Positions 12,451 through 24,900 of a stretch of 64,000 bases of DNA are shown here, in pieces. Position 1 is the stretch's first letter, and the number at the start of each line of letters is the position of its first letter. The notes under the pieces are model-generated. The model had not been told where the DNA came from. It saw only the letters and a program-made list of their open reading frames with translations, and searched no databases. The DNA is from Asterias rubens. Taxonomy: Eukaryota. A program made the translations under genes and the position numbers. Where the stretch lies: NCBI RefSeq assembly GCF_902459465.1, contig NC_047080.1, positions 1,612,001-1,676,000 on the forward strand, written 5' to 3'.

Positions 12451-12700
12451 GACAGCTTTTGATAGTATAAAACATGGTGAGAAACGGCTCCCTCTGAAGT
12501 AATGTAGTTTTTGAAAAAGATGTAATTTCTCACTCAAAAAGGGAAAGACAAATAACAAATTTGCGCACCAGGGTTTCTTTTCTTTCACTGTTCTTGTGCA
12601 ACTTCGATGATCAATTGAGGCAAAATTTCCACAGGTTGATTATTTTATGCATATGTGAGAATACAGGTCTTTGACAAATACCAAATGTGTCTAGTGCCTG
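12451..12700. mobile_element. Partial copy of the TTAA MITE family
   Basis: Matches 510-750 (gagaaacggctccctctgaagtaa ... ccaaatgtgtctagtgcc). Confidence 0.75.
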
Positions 12701-13232
12701 AAGAGAATTTTTCAAGGGTTGATTTTCCTTGGAGCTTACCCTCACTCCCTCCCCTTGACATGCCCCCCTTCAGCCTCCACACCGCCCACCGCTACATTTT
12801 CTTCTTCTTTGTTACATTGGTGCACTGACTTGTGGCAGATCCTTTGTCTCGTTTTGTGGGTCGCACAGTCGACGGTTGTCACCCGGCCGTGCCACCCGTC
12901 AAAAATGCTCAATTTCCCCGACGCCTCTCAGTGATTAAAAACATTCAATTTGCATGCCTCGTTCGTCCGACAAAAAATACTGCAACAGTCTATACTTGGT
13001 AAACTGTTGCTTGATTGAACACGTTGGTTTGTAACTAAAGAGCCAGTCCTCTTCTGTTTTTTTTTTTTTCTTCTTCGGTTCCTCTCTAAATACTTTCAAT
13101 ATACTGAGGATCTTTGAACTGAAATGACCTCTTGATCGTTGCTTAGCAGGGAAGAAAAATTTGACTAAGCAGGAGTATTTGATAGGGTTGTAATAGATGA
13201 TAAATTTGCATCACTTCTCTCTTATCTCTTTA

Positions 13233-13276
13233 GTATCCTGACGATGACTAGAGCAAGCTAGTCGAAACGTTGAGAC
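13233..13276 (+). ncRNA. Minimal type I hammerhead ribozyme motif (Penelope-like element type), catalytic core intact
   Basis: guauc-CUGACGA-U-GACUAG(agcaag)CUAGUC-GAAA-CG-UU^gagac. Stem II has 6 bp, stem III is reduced to the palindrome ACGU, and helix I is 4 of 5 paired. Confidence 0.7.
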
Positions 13277-13488
13277 CAATGTAAGAACTCACTCCGCAGT
13301 AGTGCAGTTAATAACGATCCTATAAGCTAAAGTAAATTAATAAATAAACAATTCCACTCGGGAAAGTACTGAGTGTCTGGGTAAAACAAAAAAAAGTATT
13401 CATTATTTCTGATGCAATGTTAATATTATTTGAAATTTTTGTGGTACCCACTGCTAAAATATAGAATTCCAACTGCCTTTAGCTACTG

Positions 13489-13790
13489 GGCAAGTTCAGT
13501 GGTTTAGTGGTAAGACATCTGCCCTAGAACTGCAACGGTTGTGGGTTTGAATCCAACCCAAGTATTATACTTGTGGGTTTTTCGTAGGCCTTGGGAAAGT
13601 ACTGAGTATACAGTGTTTTTCACACATAGGTACAGGTATAACATACTTTTTGGGGTGATCTACTGGCAAGAAATCTGCCCTAGAATAGCAAAGGTTGTGG
13701 GTTCCAATCCCACGCAAGTAGTATCAGATAAATGCCTGTGTTTTTTTTTAAACAGGAGCCAGGAAAAGTACTTGTAAAACACAAATAATG
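13489..13790 (+). mobile_element. tRNA-derived SINE with a second degenerate copy in tandem
   Basis: A box TGGTTTAGTGG (13500) and B box GGTTTGAATCC (13544), followed by the body gggaaagtactgagtatacagtg, which also occurs at 13360 and 36388. Confidence 0.75.
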
Positions 13791-14573
13791 TACAATTGAA
13801 CTTTTGACCACAGCTACACAAGTGTCCTGCAAGCATATCCTATGATGACCATTTGTCAAAATTAGATTTGTGGGCAAATTAAAGACAATGTTTTCTTTCT
13901 GCCTAACTGGGCGTGCTCACTGTGTGTTATAATTAGTAATAACAATTAACTACCAATTGAGCACCTTGTAGTTCTACATATTTAAGGAAGTTGACATAAG
14001 ATGTTTGATAAGGTGATATCTTTGTAACTATTGTCACTTCTGAGAAACCGGCAAGGAAATGCCGTACAACCTGAAAGTGATAATCGTTGAGTGATTCACT
14101 TCCACATACAGAGCGCTAAACTAATATGATTATAGCTCTAGACGCATCTTGGATCTGGGGGGTTGTAGGATCTTGGTATATGTCTACCTATTGGACCGTT
14201 AACGTGTAGCGATCAAAAACCAGTGAACAGTTTTGTAGGAAAGAAAAAAATACAGGGGTGAAAAAGGGGACAACATAGTAACACAGTTAAGTTTGTGGTT
14301 GTGTAGGTATATCATTCTGTTTTGTTGCATGACACCTAGGTCATACAATCATTTTTCTTCCATTCATACCTGTTCATTCCAAAGCGAGGCTGGAAGGTTG
14401 TTAGTCTGGTCTCCCTTTTATGAAACAAAAGTTACAACTGTAAAAGTTGTCGGTCGGTACACTGGAAACAAGGCAATCTCAAGTCAAATGATAATGGACC
14501 AGTGGTGGTTCAGTTCATTGGTAACTGCTCTATATTACGACAAGTAGAAAAACCCTGGTAATTTACATGCTAA

Positions 14574-14924
14574 GAGCAAGTTCGATCATAGTACTATAGT
14601 TGGCTGTGGAGCTTTATCATGCTACCTCCATCTTGATCATGGTCCTCGTATCGAATCGAAAGGAGAGCTGGAATCGTCCTCGTATCGAACAGTATTGAAT
14701 GCTAATAATCATTGTTGCAAATAGGAACCAGACTATTTTGTTCTTCCAGCCTCGGTTTGGTAACATTGATATCAATGGGGGAAATTCAAGATGGCTGCAT
14801 CGCGATAAAGGTCTATTGTCAAACATTTGGCAATTGTGCTTGGTACCCAGGATGTATTTCATGCATAGGTAACCATGGAACATTGACTTGTGTTTGACAA
14901 ATAGTCACTGATCGAACTTGCCCC
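14574..14924. mobile_element. TIR element (gcaagttcgatca...tgatcgaacttgc) containing a second MITE at 14609-14813
   Basis: Inverted ends are visible. The inner family (tttatca...ccatcttg...ggaaccagactatt...caagatgg...gataaagg) recurs at ~38452-38608 and ~46225-46445. Confidence 0.65.
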
Positions 14925-15520
14925 TAGAGTAAGGGTTAAGGTGAAGGTCAAAAAAAGAAAATACACTAGGGGTGTAAAGGAACATAGGCGTGTAACCCAG
15001 TTTAGATTGAATAACCTTTGTGGGTGCGTTAAGGTAATGGGTCATCGCTCTACACTCCCTATATTGAATTAGTCATGTATAATCCCAATGGCACTGATGG
15101 TGTGTGCGCAAAATCGCCAAAGGGCCCGCTTAAGGGCCCCGTACAACAAAAGGTGTCTGAAATGACTTCAATCTCATTTTTTAATGTCGGGTCATGTGTT
15201 GGTTGAACCACAGCTTTTCGATGAAGGACAAAGATATTTTTGTTTTTATTGAAGAGCGTGGAGTGACAGCCTGAAACGCTGAAGAAAATTACATTCAATA
15301 GTTCATAATGAAATATTGGTTTAGAAATATTGTTTTTTATGGTGCAATGTTTAGGACTACGAATCAGCTTTGGAAACTCAAAGGCTGTTATGTGTTTTTT
15401 CAAGAAATTCCAAACCTGGCCTGAGATTTTTTTTTAATGTTGCTTTTCTTGTATTGTGCCAAATCAAGTTGAAGATTGAACCACATTCACAAAGTACTTG
15501 TTTCTTCAGCTGGTAATCTG

Positions 15521-15644
15521 GGACCAATTTCATGGCACTGCTTACTACCAAATAACGTGCTTACGATGCCCTGGATGCACAAGTATCTATGGGCTGTAAG
15601 CACCGAATTCCGTCCGCGCTAAGCAGTATTAATGACTTGGGGCC
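15521..15644. mobile_element. Related GGCCCAATTTCAT-type MITE with CTG target duplication
   Basis: CTG|ggaccaatttcatggcactgctta ... taagcagtattaatgacttggggcc|CTG. Confidence 0.7.
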
Positions 15645-16513
15645 CTGTTGACTAGTGCGCAACAGCTGAGCAAGTTTTTTGTGAAAAAAGCAGCTTAAAA
15701 AAAATGTGTCCGATATGTAATCAGAGATCATTGTAACAGCATAATGAATGTTATATAAAGCACCGATAGTTATTTTAGTTTTTCCTAAAGGGATTTCCAT
15801 GTAACTTGTATTCATATGTCTCAACTATGACAGACTTCGTCTAATTTTGTCCAATCAATAATCTTTTTATACATCCAACGTGCACGTGTCTATTTATTTA
15901 TAAGTGCACATATTTACTTACATCTTATTTGATTCAGTCGACCATCATTGTTCGGCTATTGGGTTTCAAGGCAGGTTCACCGTCATGCAGCGCTTTCAAA
16001 CACAGCAGAAAGAAACCCCTCTCGTTGAACAAAGAGATATTCCTGAGCTAGCCGATAGCGTCGTTGTGCCACATAACAAATACCCTTGGTTACATTTGTA
16101 GGGAGGATATTTCTTTTCTTTTTTCGTTCGTATCTTGGGAGGGGGTATTATAAAGATAGTTTATTGAGCGGGATGACGTTGGACTTGTTGGGAAATGGAG
16201 TTGTCAGATTGTTTTGTATAAGCAGTCATCGGACACTTTTCAATGAGTTTTATTCTTTTTGTGCGAATTGAAAAAAGAAAATCATGGACTGTGAGTCAGA
16301 TTTTAAGAATAGCTAAGACCGATAATTAGTCTCTTGAGTTGATTTGAGTCTTTTGTTGGTCCGCAGTGGGAGGGTTGGCGTTATTTTTAAACGGCTTCTA
16401 TTCTTCATTGGTTTTTACGTCGTTTCCTAAAATGGTCACATTTAACGGCGATGTGTAATGTTCAAGTATCTGTGTGAACTTTATTTGGGTTAAATGTTTG
16501 CATCTTTAACCCT

Positions 16514-19500
16514 ATAGACTTTTTCAAGTTCTGCTTGTAGACTGCTTGTATACTTTTTCAAGTTCTGCTTGAAAAGTCTACAAGGCTATATAATAGCCTT
16601 GTGAATTTGTCAAATTTTGCTTGAAAAGTCTACAAGGCTGTAACCTTGTGAACTTGTCAAATTTTGCTTGAAAAGCTTGAAAAGTCTACAAGGCTTTATA
16701 AGCCTTGTGAACTTGTCAAATTTTGCTTGAAAAGTCTACAAGGCTATAGCCTTGTGAACTTGTCAAATTTTGCTTGAAAAGTCTACAAGGCTATATAATA
16801 GCCTTGTGAATTTGTCAAATTTTGCTTGAAAAGTCTACAAGGCTGTAACCTTGTGAACTTGTCAAATTTTGCGTGAAAATAGCCTTGTAAATTTGTCAAA
16901 TTTTGCTTGAAAATAGCCTTGTGAACTTGTCAAATTTTGCTTGAAAAATCTACAAGGCTATAGCCTTGTGAATTTGTCAAATTTTGCTTGAAAAGCTTGA
17001 AAAGTCTACAAGGCCTTGTGAACTTGTCAAATTTTGCGTGAAAATAGCCTTGTGAACTTGTCAAATTTTGCTTGAAAAGCTTGAAAAGTCTACAAGGCTT
17101 ATAGCCTTGTGAATTTGTCAAATTTTGCTTAAAAAATCTACAAGGCTTATAATAAGCCTTGTGAATTTCTCAAATTTTGCTTGAAAAATCTTTTGGAATA
17201 TAGCCTTGTGAATTTGTCAAATTTTGCTTGAAAAGTCTACAAGGCCTTGTGAACTTGTCAATTTTTGCGTGAAAATAGCCTTGTGAATTTGTCAAATTTT
17301 GCTTGAAAAGTCTACAAGGCTATAGCCTTGTGAACTTGTCAAATTTTGCTTCAAAAGTCTACAAGGCTGTAACCTTGTGAACTTGCCAAATTTTGCTTGA
17401 AAATAGCCTTGTAAATTTGTCAAATTTTGCTTGAAAATAGCCTTGTGAACTTGTCAAATTTTGCTTGAAAAGTCTACAAGGCTATAGCCTTGTGAACTTG
17501 TCAAATTTTGCTTGAAAAGTCTACAAGGCTATATAGCCTTGTGAATTTGTCAAATTTTGCTTGAAAAGTCTACAAGGCTGTAACCTTGTGAACTTGTCAA
17601 ATTTTGCTTGAAAAGCTTGAAAAGTCTACAAGGCTATAGCCTTGTGAACTTGTCAAATTTTGTGTGAAAATAGCCTTGTGAATTTGTCAAATTTTGCTTG
17701 AAAAATCTACAAGGAATATAGCCTTGTGAACTTGTCAAATTTTGCTTGAAAAGTCTACAAGGCTATATAGCCTTGTGAACTTGTCAAATTTTGCTTGAAA
17801 AGTCTACAAGGCTATATAGCCTTGTGAACTTGTCAAATTTTGCTTGAAAAGTCTACAAGGCTATATAGCCTTGTGAATTTGTCAAATTTTGCTTGAAAAG
17901 TCTACAAGGCTATATATATAGCCTTGTGAACTTGTCAAATTTTGCTTGAAAAGCTTGAAAAGTCTACAAGGCTATATAGCCTTGTGAACTTGTCAAATTT
18001 TGCTTGAAAAGTCTACAAGGCTATAGCCTTGTGAACTTGTAAAATTTTGCTTGAAAAGTCTACAAGGCTATAGCCTTGTGAACTTGTAAAATTTTGCTTG
18101 AAAAGTCTACAAGGCTATATATATAGTCTTGTGAACTGTCAAATTTTGCTTGAAAAGCTTGAAAAGTCTACAAGGCTATAGCCTTGTGAATTTGTCAAAT
18201 TTTGCTTGAAAAGTCTACAAGGCTATAGCCTTGTGAATTTGTCAAATTTTGCTTGAAAAGCCTACAAGGCTATAGCCTTGTGAATTTGTCAAATTTTGCT
18301 TGAAAAGTCTACAAGGCTATAGCCTTGTGAATTTGTCAAATTTTGCTTGAAAAGTCTACAAGGCTATAAGCCTTGTGAACTTGTCAAATTTTGCTCGAAA
18401 AGCTTGAAAAGTCTACAAGGCTATAGCCTTGTGAATTTGTCAAATTTTGCTTGAAAAGTCTAAAATTTTGCTTGAAAAGTCTACAAGGCTATAGCCTTGT
18501 GAATTTGTCAAATTTTGCTTGAAAAGCCTACAAGGCTATAGCCTTGTGAATTTGTCAAATTTTGCTTGAAAAGTCTACAAGGCTATAGCCTTGTGAATTT
18601 GTCAAATTTTGCTTGAAAAGTCTACAAGGCTATAGCCTTGTGAACTTGTCAAATTTTGCTTGAAAAGCTTGAAATGTCTACAAGGCTATAGCCTTGTGAA
18701 CTTGTCAAATTTTGCTTGAAAAGTCTACAAGGCTATAGCCTTGTGAACTTGTCAAATTTTGCTCGAAAAGCTTGAAAAGTCTACAAGGCTATAGCCTTGT
18801 GAATTTGTCAAATTTTGCTTGAAAAGTCTAAAATTTTGCTTGAAAAGTCTACAAGGCTATAGCCTTGTGAACTTGTAAAATTTTGCTTGAAAAGTCTACA
18901 AGGCTGTAACCTTGTGAATTTGTCAAATTTTGCTTGAAAAGTCTACAAGGCTGTAACCTTGTGAACTTGTCAAATTTTGCTTGAAAAGTCTACAAGGCTA
19001 TAGCCTTGTGAACTTGTAAAATTTTGCTTGAAAAGTCTACAAGGCTGTAACCTTGTGAACTTGTCAAATTTTGCTTGAAAAGCTTGAAAAGTCTACAAGG
19101 CTATAGCCTTGTGAATTTGTCAAATTTTGCGTGAAAAGTCTACAAGGCTATAGCCTTGTGAATTTGTCAAATTTTGCTTGAAAAGTCTATATACAATATA
19201 GCCTTGTGAACTTGTCAAATTTTGCTTGAAAAGTCTACAAGGCTATATAGCCTTGTGAACTTGTAAAATTTTGCTTGAAAAGTCTACAAGGCTATATATA
19301 TAGCCTTGTGAACTTGTCAAATTTTGCTTGAAAAGCTTGAAAAGTCTACAAGGCTATAGCCTTGTGAATTTGTCAAATTTTGCTTGAAAAGTCTACAAGG
19401 CTATATAGCCTTGTGAACTTGTAAAATTTTGCTTGAAAAGTCTACAAGGCTATATATAGCCTTGTGAACTTGTCAAATTTTGCTTGAAAAGTCTACAAGG

Positions 19501-20746
19501 CTATAGCCTTGTGAACTTGTAAAATTTTGCTTGAAAAGTCTACAAGGCTATAGCCTTGTGAACTTGTAAAATTTTGCTTGAAAAGTCTACAAGGCTATAT
19601 ATATAGTCTTGTGAACTGTCAAATTTTGCTTGAAAAGCTTGAAAAGTCTACAAGGCTATAGCCTTGTGAATTTGTCAAATTTTGCTTGAAAAGCCTACAA
19701 GGCTATAGCCTTGTGAATTTGTCAAATTTTGCTTGAAAAGTCTACAAGGCTATAGCCTTGTGAATTTGTCAAATTTTGCTTGAAAAGTCTACAAGGCTTT
19801 AAGCCTTGTGAACTTGTCAAATTTTGCTCGAAAAGCTTGAAAAGTCTACAAGGCTATAGCCTTGTGAATTTGTCAAATTTTGCTTGAAAAGTCTAAAATT
19901 TTGCTTGAAAAGTCTACAAGGCTATAGCCTTGTGAATTTGTCAAATTTTGCTTGAAAAGCCTACAAGGCTATAGCCTTGTGAATTTGTCAAATTTTGCTT
20001 GAAAAGTCTACAAGGCTATAGCCTTGTGAATTTGTCAAATTTTGCTTGAAAAGTCTACAAGGCTATAGCCTTGTGAACTTGTCAAATTTTGCTTGAAAAG
20101 CTTGAAATGTCTACAAGGCTATAGCCTTGTGAACTTGTCAAATTTTGCTTGAAAAGTCTACAAGGCTATAGCCTTGTGAACTTGTCAAATTTTGCTCGAA
20201 AAGCTTGAAAAGTCTACAAGGCTATAGCCTTGTGAATTTGTCAAATTTTGCTTGAAAAGTCTAAAATTTTGCTTGAAAAGTCTACAAGGCTATAGCCTTG
20301 TGAATTTGTCAAATTTTGCTTGAAAAGTCTAAAATTTTGCTTGAAAAGTCTACAAGGCTATAGCCTTGTGAATTTGTCAAATTTTGCTTGAAAAGTCTAC
20401 AAGGCTGTAACCTTGTGAATTTGTCAAATTTTGCTTGAAAAGTCTACAAGGCTGTAACCTTGTGAACTTGTCAAATTTTGCTTGAAAAGTCTACAAGGCT
20501 ATAGCCTTGTGAACTTGTAAAATTTTGCTTGAAAAGTCTACAAGGCTGTAACCTTGTGAACTTGTCAAATTTTGCTTGAAAAGCTTGAAAAGTCTACAAG
20601 GCTATAGCCTTGTGAATTTGTCAAATTTTGCGTGAAAAGTCTACAAGGCTATAGCCTTGTGAATTTGTCAAATTTTGCTTGAAAAGTCTATATACAATAT
20701 AGCCTTGTAGACTTTTTCAAGCAAAATTTGTCAAGTACACAAGGCT
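16514..20746. repeat. 47-bp satellite array (~85-90 units) with inverted terminal units
   Basis: Unit gccttgtgaacttgtcaaattttgcttgaaaagtctacaaggctata, with variants +ta(n), +aagcttgaa and truncated units. No spacers. Confidence 0.98.
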
Positions 20747-20851
20747 TGTACACCTTTTCTCGAAAATGTACACTTGTGCGATTTTCATGTGCGATTGTGA
20801 CTGCAATTAATGACTAGTGCCAAAAGGAATACATAGTGCACAAGAACATTG

Positions 20852-20857
20852 TTTATT
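20852..20857 (-). terminator. Candidate distal poly(A) signal of NR6A
   Basis: AATAAA on the minus strand followed by a U-rich tract. Other candidates cluster at ~24145-24165. Confidence 0.25.
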
Positions 20858-21828
20858 TTAGACCCACATGACCGCACAGTGCCTACTTTGTTTAATTAAG
20901 TTTGTATAATGTACACAGCACCAAATAAAAGCAAAAGGTAGGTAGGTGGGTATTTTTCATTTAGACATTTTTACGTACACCAATTTTGGGAAGAAAAAAA
21001 AAACTTCTTAAATACTGGTTTTAAAATAAGGGCATCTTTAAAACATACATCAGAATATTAATGGAAATGACACATCCTTCAAGTTCTTGCAAGAAAACAA
21101 ACTTCACGTGCTCATTTGCAGATAATGTTCAGTTCCTGCTAAGCGTATAGCTTTAAACCAAGATAATGTAAGAATTTGGCCAAAGTTGGTAGAGTAAAAA
21201 CATCATCAAAAAGTTTTAAAAAAGAAACAGCTATGTGCAGTTTGACTCTTAAACAAATACACTTTTAAGATGCAGTTCTATAAAGTGCAGTAGCATTTGT
21301 AAGCAGGAATTTTGTAATACAATGATGTCCAAAGATGCCCTGATTTTAACAGAAATATTGGTGTTTCTTTTGGGCAAAAACATTCTTTTTAAGGTTGAAT
21401 TAAAGTTTAATTTTAAAAGAGACTTTCTAAGAAAGTAATAAATTATAACTGTAGACAACTTATTAAGTAGTCACATGGAAATATGAGTGAGAATTAATGT
21501 GATGGGTTATCAGGAAATACTAGTGTAAACGGGACAAATTCACAGGTGTACTGTGAACTACAACTCAACTTAAAGGAGAACTAGTGCACTTAGAGTGCCT
21601 TGTCACACATGTAAATAGCTACAGTGATTTGTATATTTAAGGAAAATTGTACCACGGAACTACAGAGTAGATAGGGCCTTTTGGTCAAACGATTCGGACC
21701 CGTCATTTCTGACACTGCAAATTTTTGGGATGTCTGAATGAAGCAAGGGAATTTCTGCCAATTACAAGGAATTTATGTGCGAGTACCAAGGAAATTTTAC
21801 TGGGTACCAACGATGCTTTGCCGTCTAA

Positions 21829-21956
21829 GGCTGCGTTTGAAATGGCGACTTCGGCAACAGCTACGGCTAGATCACTCTCGCCTGCCTATTCTTCAACACT
21901 GGCAGACACGCTGATCTAGCCGTAGCTGTAACCAAGTCGCCGTTTACGACACGGCC
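21829..21956. mobile_element. PIF/Harbinger-type MITE with TAA target duplication
   Basis: TAA|ggctgcgtttgaaatggcgacttcggcaacagctacggctagatca ... tgatctagccgtagctgtaaccaagtcgccgtttacgacacggcc|TAA. Confidence 0.85.
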
Positions 21957-24900
21957 TAACATAAAACCTCTCCAAGTATACCATGAAATAGTAGGCAGGG
22001 AGCGCCACAGTGTACCATGGAACCTTTGCAGGGTACAAAGAACCAAAGACTTCTGAATCTTCTTCGACATTATCCTATTTTCATCTAAACAACTACACAG
22101 TGTATCCTAAAAGGAACAGACTTAAAGATATTTAACTACACAACACTTTGAGTGCATTGGACTGTTTATCTAGGTGTGGCCATCTTTGTTTTTACTCCCT
22201 GTTAACCATGTATAAGGCGTTGTCCGAATCGTGGCTGCAGTTGTTGGTAAAGGCATCCACTATTTTAAAAACGGCCAAACAAAACTGAAGCACACCAGGC
22301 TATTGACAGGCAACCAGTTCCAGGCTATCCCCATTAAAGAAAGGCATTCATGTTTGAATTTACACATATTATTCTCTGAGATTGTAAGACCTTGTTAGCC
22401 TGGAAAAAATGCTCATGTGCAACAAAAGTGGTCCTATAGAACATACTGCAATTGGTTGTCTGCAAGTTGCCTGTAAAAGTTGCTTCGTGTGACAAGGCCC
22501 TTACATCGAAGGCAAAAACCCCACTGCCCTTACAACTGAATAAGAGTTCCATAAAATGTGGCAACAACACAAGTGTATAATTTAAGAAAACTAGGAAAAC
22601 ACCTTCTCTGAAGAAAAAAAAAAAAAAAAAAAAATAGAACTACCAGATGAAATAACAAAAATGGCTGAATTTAAAATACAGACATTCTACTTCATGACAT
22701 CCTATACAAAGCTCACATCACACTTGCTTAAGTTACTTATTTACCAACACCACATAATTAATATATATATTAAATTTTTTGTAACCCTCTTTGAAGATCA
22801 AAAGAAAGCACTTAAATACGACTTAAATCTGAATGAATTAAAAACACAACACTGTTCATTTGTACAATTCACAATACACATAAACGCCAACATCACCACA
22901 CCATATTTTTTTGTTTTTAAAACCTTGGTAACTTTTTTTTTTAAAATACGGGAGGCCTGCTCCAACACATTTACAAACAAGACTTTTTTTTCCTCCCTTC
23001 TTCTTCTTCATAGGAATATTTTCTTGTGGACAAGTATACAAATGCATCAATAAGGAGAATATATACAAAAAAAACGCAATACTGTCGGTGGTTTTCGTTT
23101 TCTTCCATCTCTTTATCTGTAGGCCCCACACAAAAACATCCATAATAACAACAAAAATACACTTTGGGAGAAGCAAAATACCACTCACTATTTCAAAGTC
23201 GTAATTGACTCTACTTTAAAAAAAAAAAAAAAACCCAAGAGAAACAACCCCTTGTACTTTCTTTCTAAGGAACACAAAGCTAACTTAGTCAAATTCATAC
23301 TTCTTTGTAAGAAAAAGACTGTGCAGAACTACTGGAATCTAGATGTGTGTTTACTTTTCGGAACACCCAAGTACACAACCAATCACATGACCAATCACAT
23401 GACTAATCACCTGACTCACAGAAAAACATACAAACCCAGAAGGCATCTTGTCGGTGCTTTAAAATCGAACCATTGCGGATTTATGAGGAAAATCGGTGGG
23501 ATCCTATCATCTCTCCATTAACAGGGAGAATATGCTTCAAGTTTCTTAAACATCTATAAAAGCACATCCAAGTCAAAAAAGTTACTACGAAAAAATGTTC
23601 TTTCACAAAGCCCTCACTCATATATATATATCCCAAAATATATACTTTTTAAAGTTTATGTTTAAACCGCCAAATTTATCTTTGGCTAAAATTGTGTGTG
23701 ACACCAAACGCACACACACACACGATATATATATAGAAATATAGGTACAGAATGTTTTTTTCGGTGGAATAATACGCTAATATTTTTTAATATCAACAGG
23801 TGCTGGGGGTACAAAAAGTAAAGAATTTTACGCCATTTTAACAAGAACAAATTCAAAAGAGTTATGGGATAATTTGGAAGTCCCCTTTTGTAGTTCGAGA
23901 CAAATCAAAATAAATTTAAAAAAACTTCTGATCAATAGTTCTTTCCAAATAAAACACTTTTTTCAACCAAACAAAACCTGCAATTCCAAAAACATGGTTA
24001 TTTGTTTCCCGTCCTCAGCGACAAAAACACCCACAGTGAAGTTTTGTAACAACTCAAGTAACAATTTAGAGGAAGTTGAAACCTGTAAAGTGCTGGTGTA
24101 TGGATTCAGCAATTATGCACCAATTACAGTATTTGTTGTTTGACCTATTTTTATTTTTTATTTTTATTTTAATGATTTTGTTTTCTACACAGGCCCTTGA
24201 CATTTTGAGACAGATGTCCTCTCTTAGACCATATTTGGACATTAATGAGTTGCAAACACCTTATGGTCGGATTTATATGAGTTCTGCTAATAGGGACACC
24301 ATAATGGTTGAATTGGTCAGAACAGTGAGTGCGTCCACTGCTGACGAAAGGTGCAGGGCCCCTCACTATTATCATTGCCACGTCCCTTTTATTTAGCCCT
24401 AGGCGAAAATATAATGTTCAGGCCCCAGGAAGATTTTTAGGGAAATATCATTTTCACCGTTACCACAGCTTCAATGCTAACGTTTACCATACAGGAAATC
24501 CATTGTCCATGCCACACACTGAACTTCTGTTATAAACTTGAGAAGGAAAAGGTTTTTCGTAATCCAAACTCAAATTTGAATGTATATCTTGCGTAAAGTT
24601 AGTGTGTAGGCTCAGGCCTTGAATTTTGTTTATGAAGGGGCACAGCAATTCTGCTCTGATAAGGGGCACTTCTTTGAGGCAAATATCATCTTGTATTGGA
24701 ACTTTGCAAAGGGCACCACAGCAAAAGCACAGGGTATCGCGGCAATTACTGTGTGGGTGGCAATGGGTTAATTTGAGGTGTGTAAGTCAAGGAAATGACG
24801 ATAAATCCATAGTTGGTTCATTTGTTTGGCCACCTTGATTATTTAATCAGCAAGGTGTTAACACCTAAAGTGTTGGTTTATAGAACAGATAAAAACCATT

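Noticed and set aside
13489-13560. Possible tRNA genes (also 26330, 55038, 56238), including an apparent CTA anticodon
   Set aside because: A and B boxes are present but the cloverleaf stems do not pair, and they continue into shared SINE bodies.
16514-20746. CRISPR-like array of palindromic repeats
   Set aside because: Units are directly adjacent with no unique spacers, there are no cas genes, and the context is eukaryotic.
20935-20950. let-7-like site in the putative NR6A 3'UTR
   Set aside because: Only an offset CTACCT match; I saw no full CTACCTC seed in the region.
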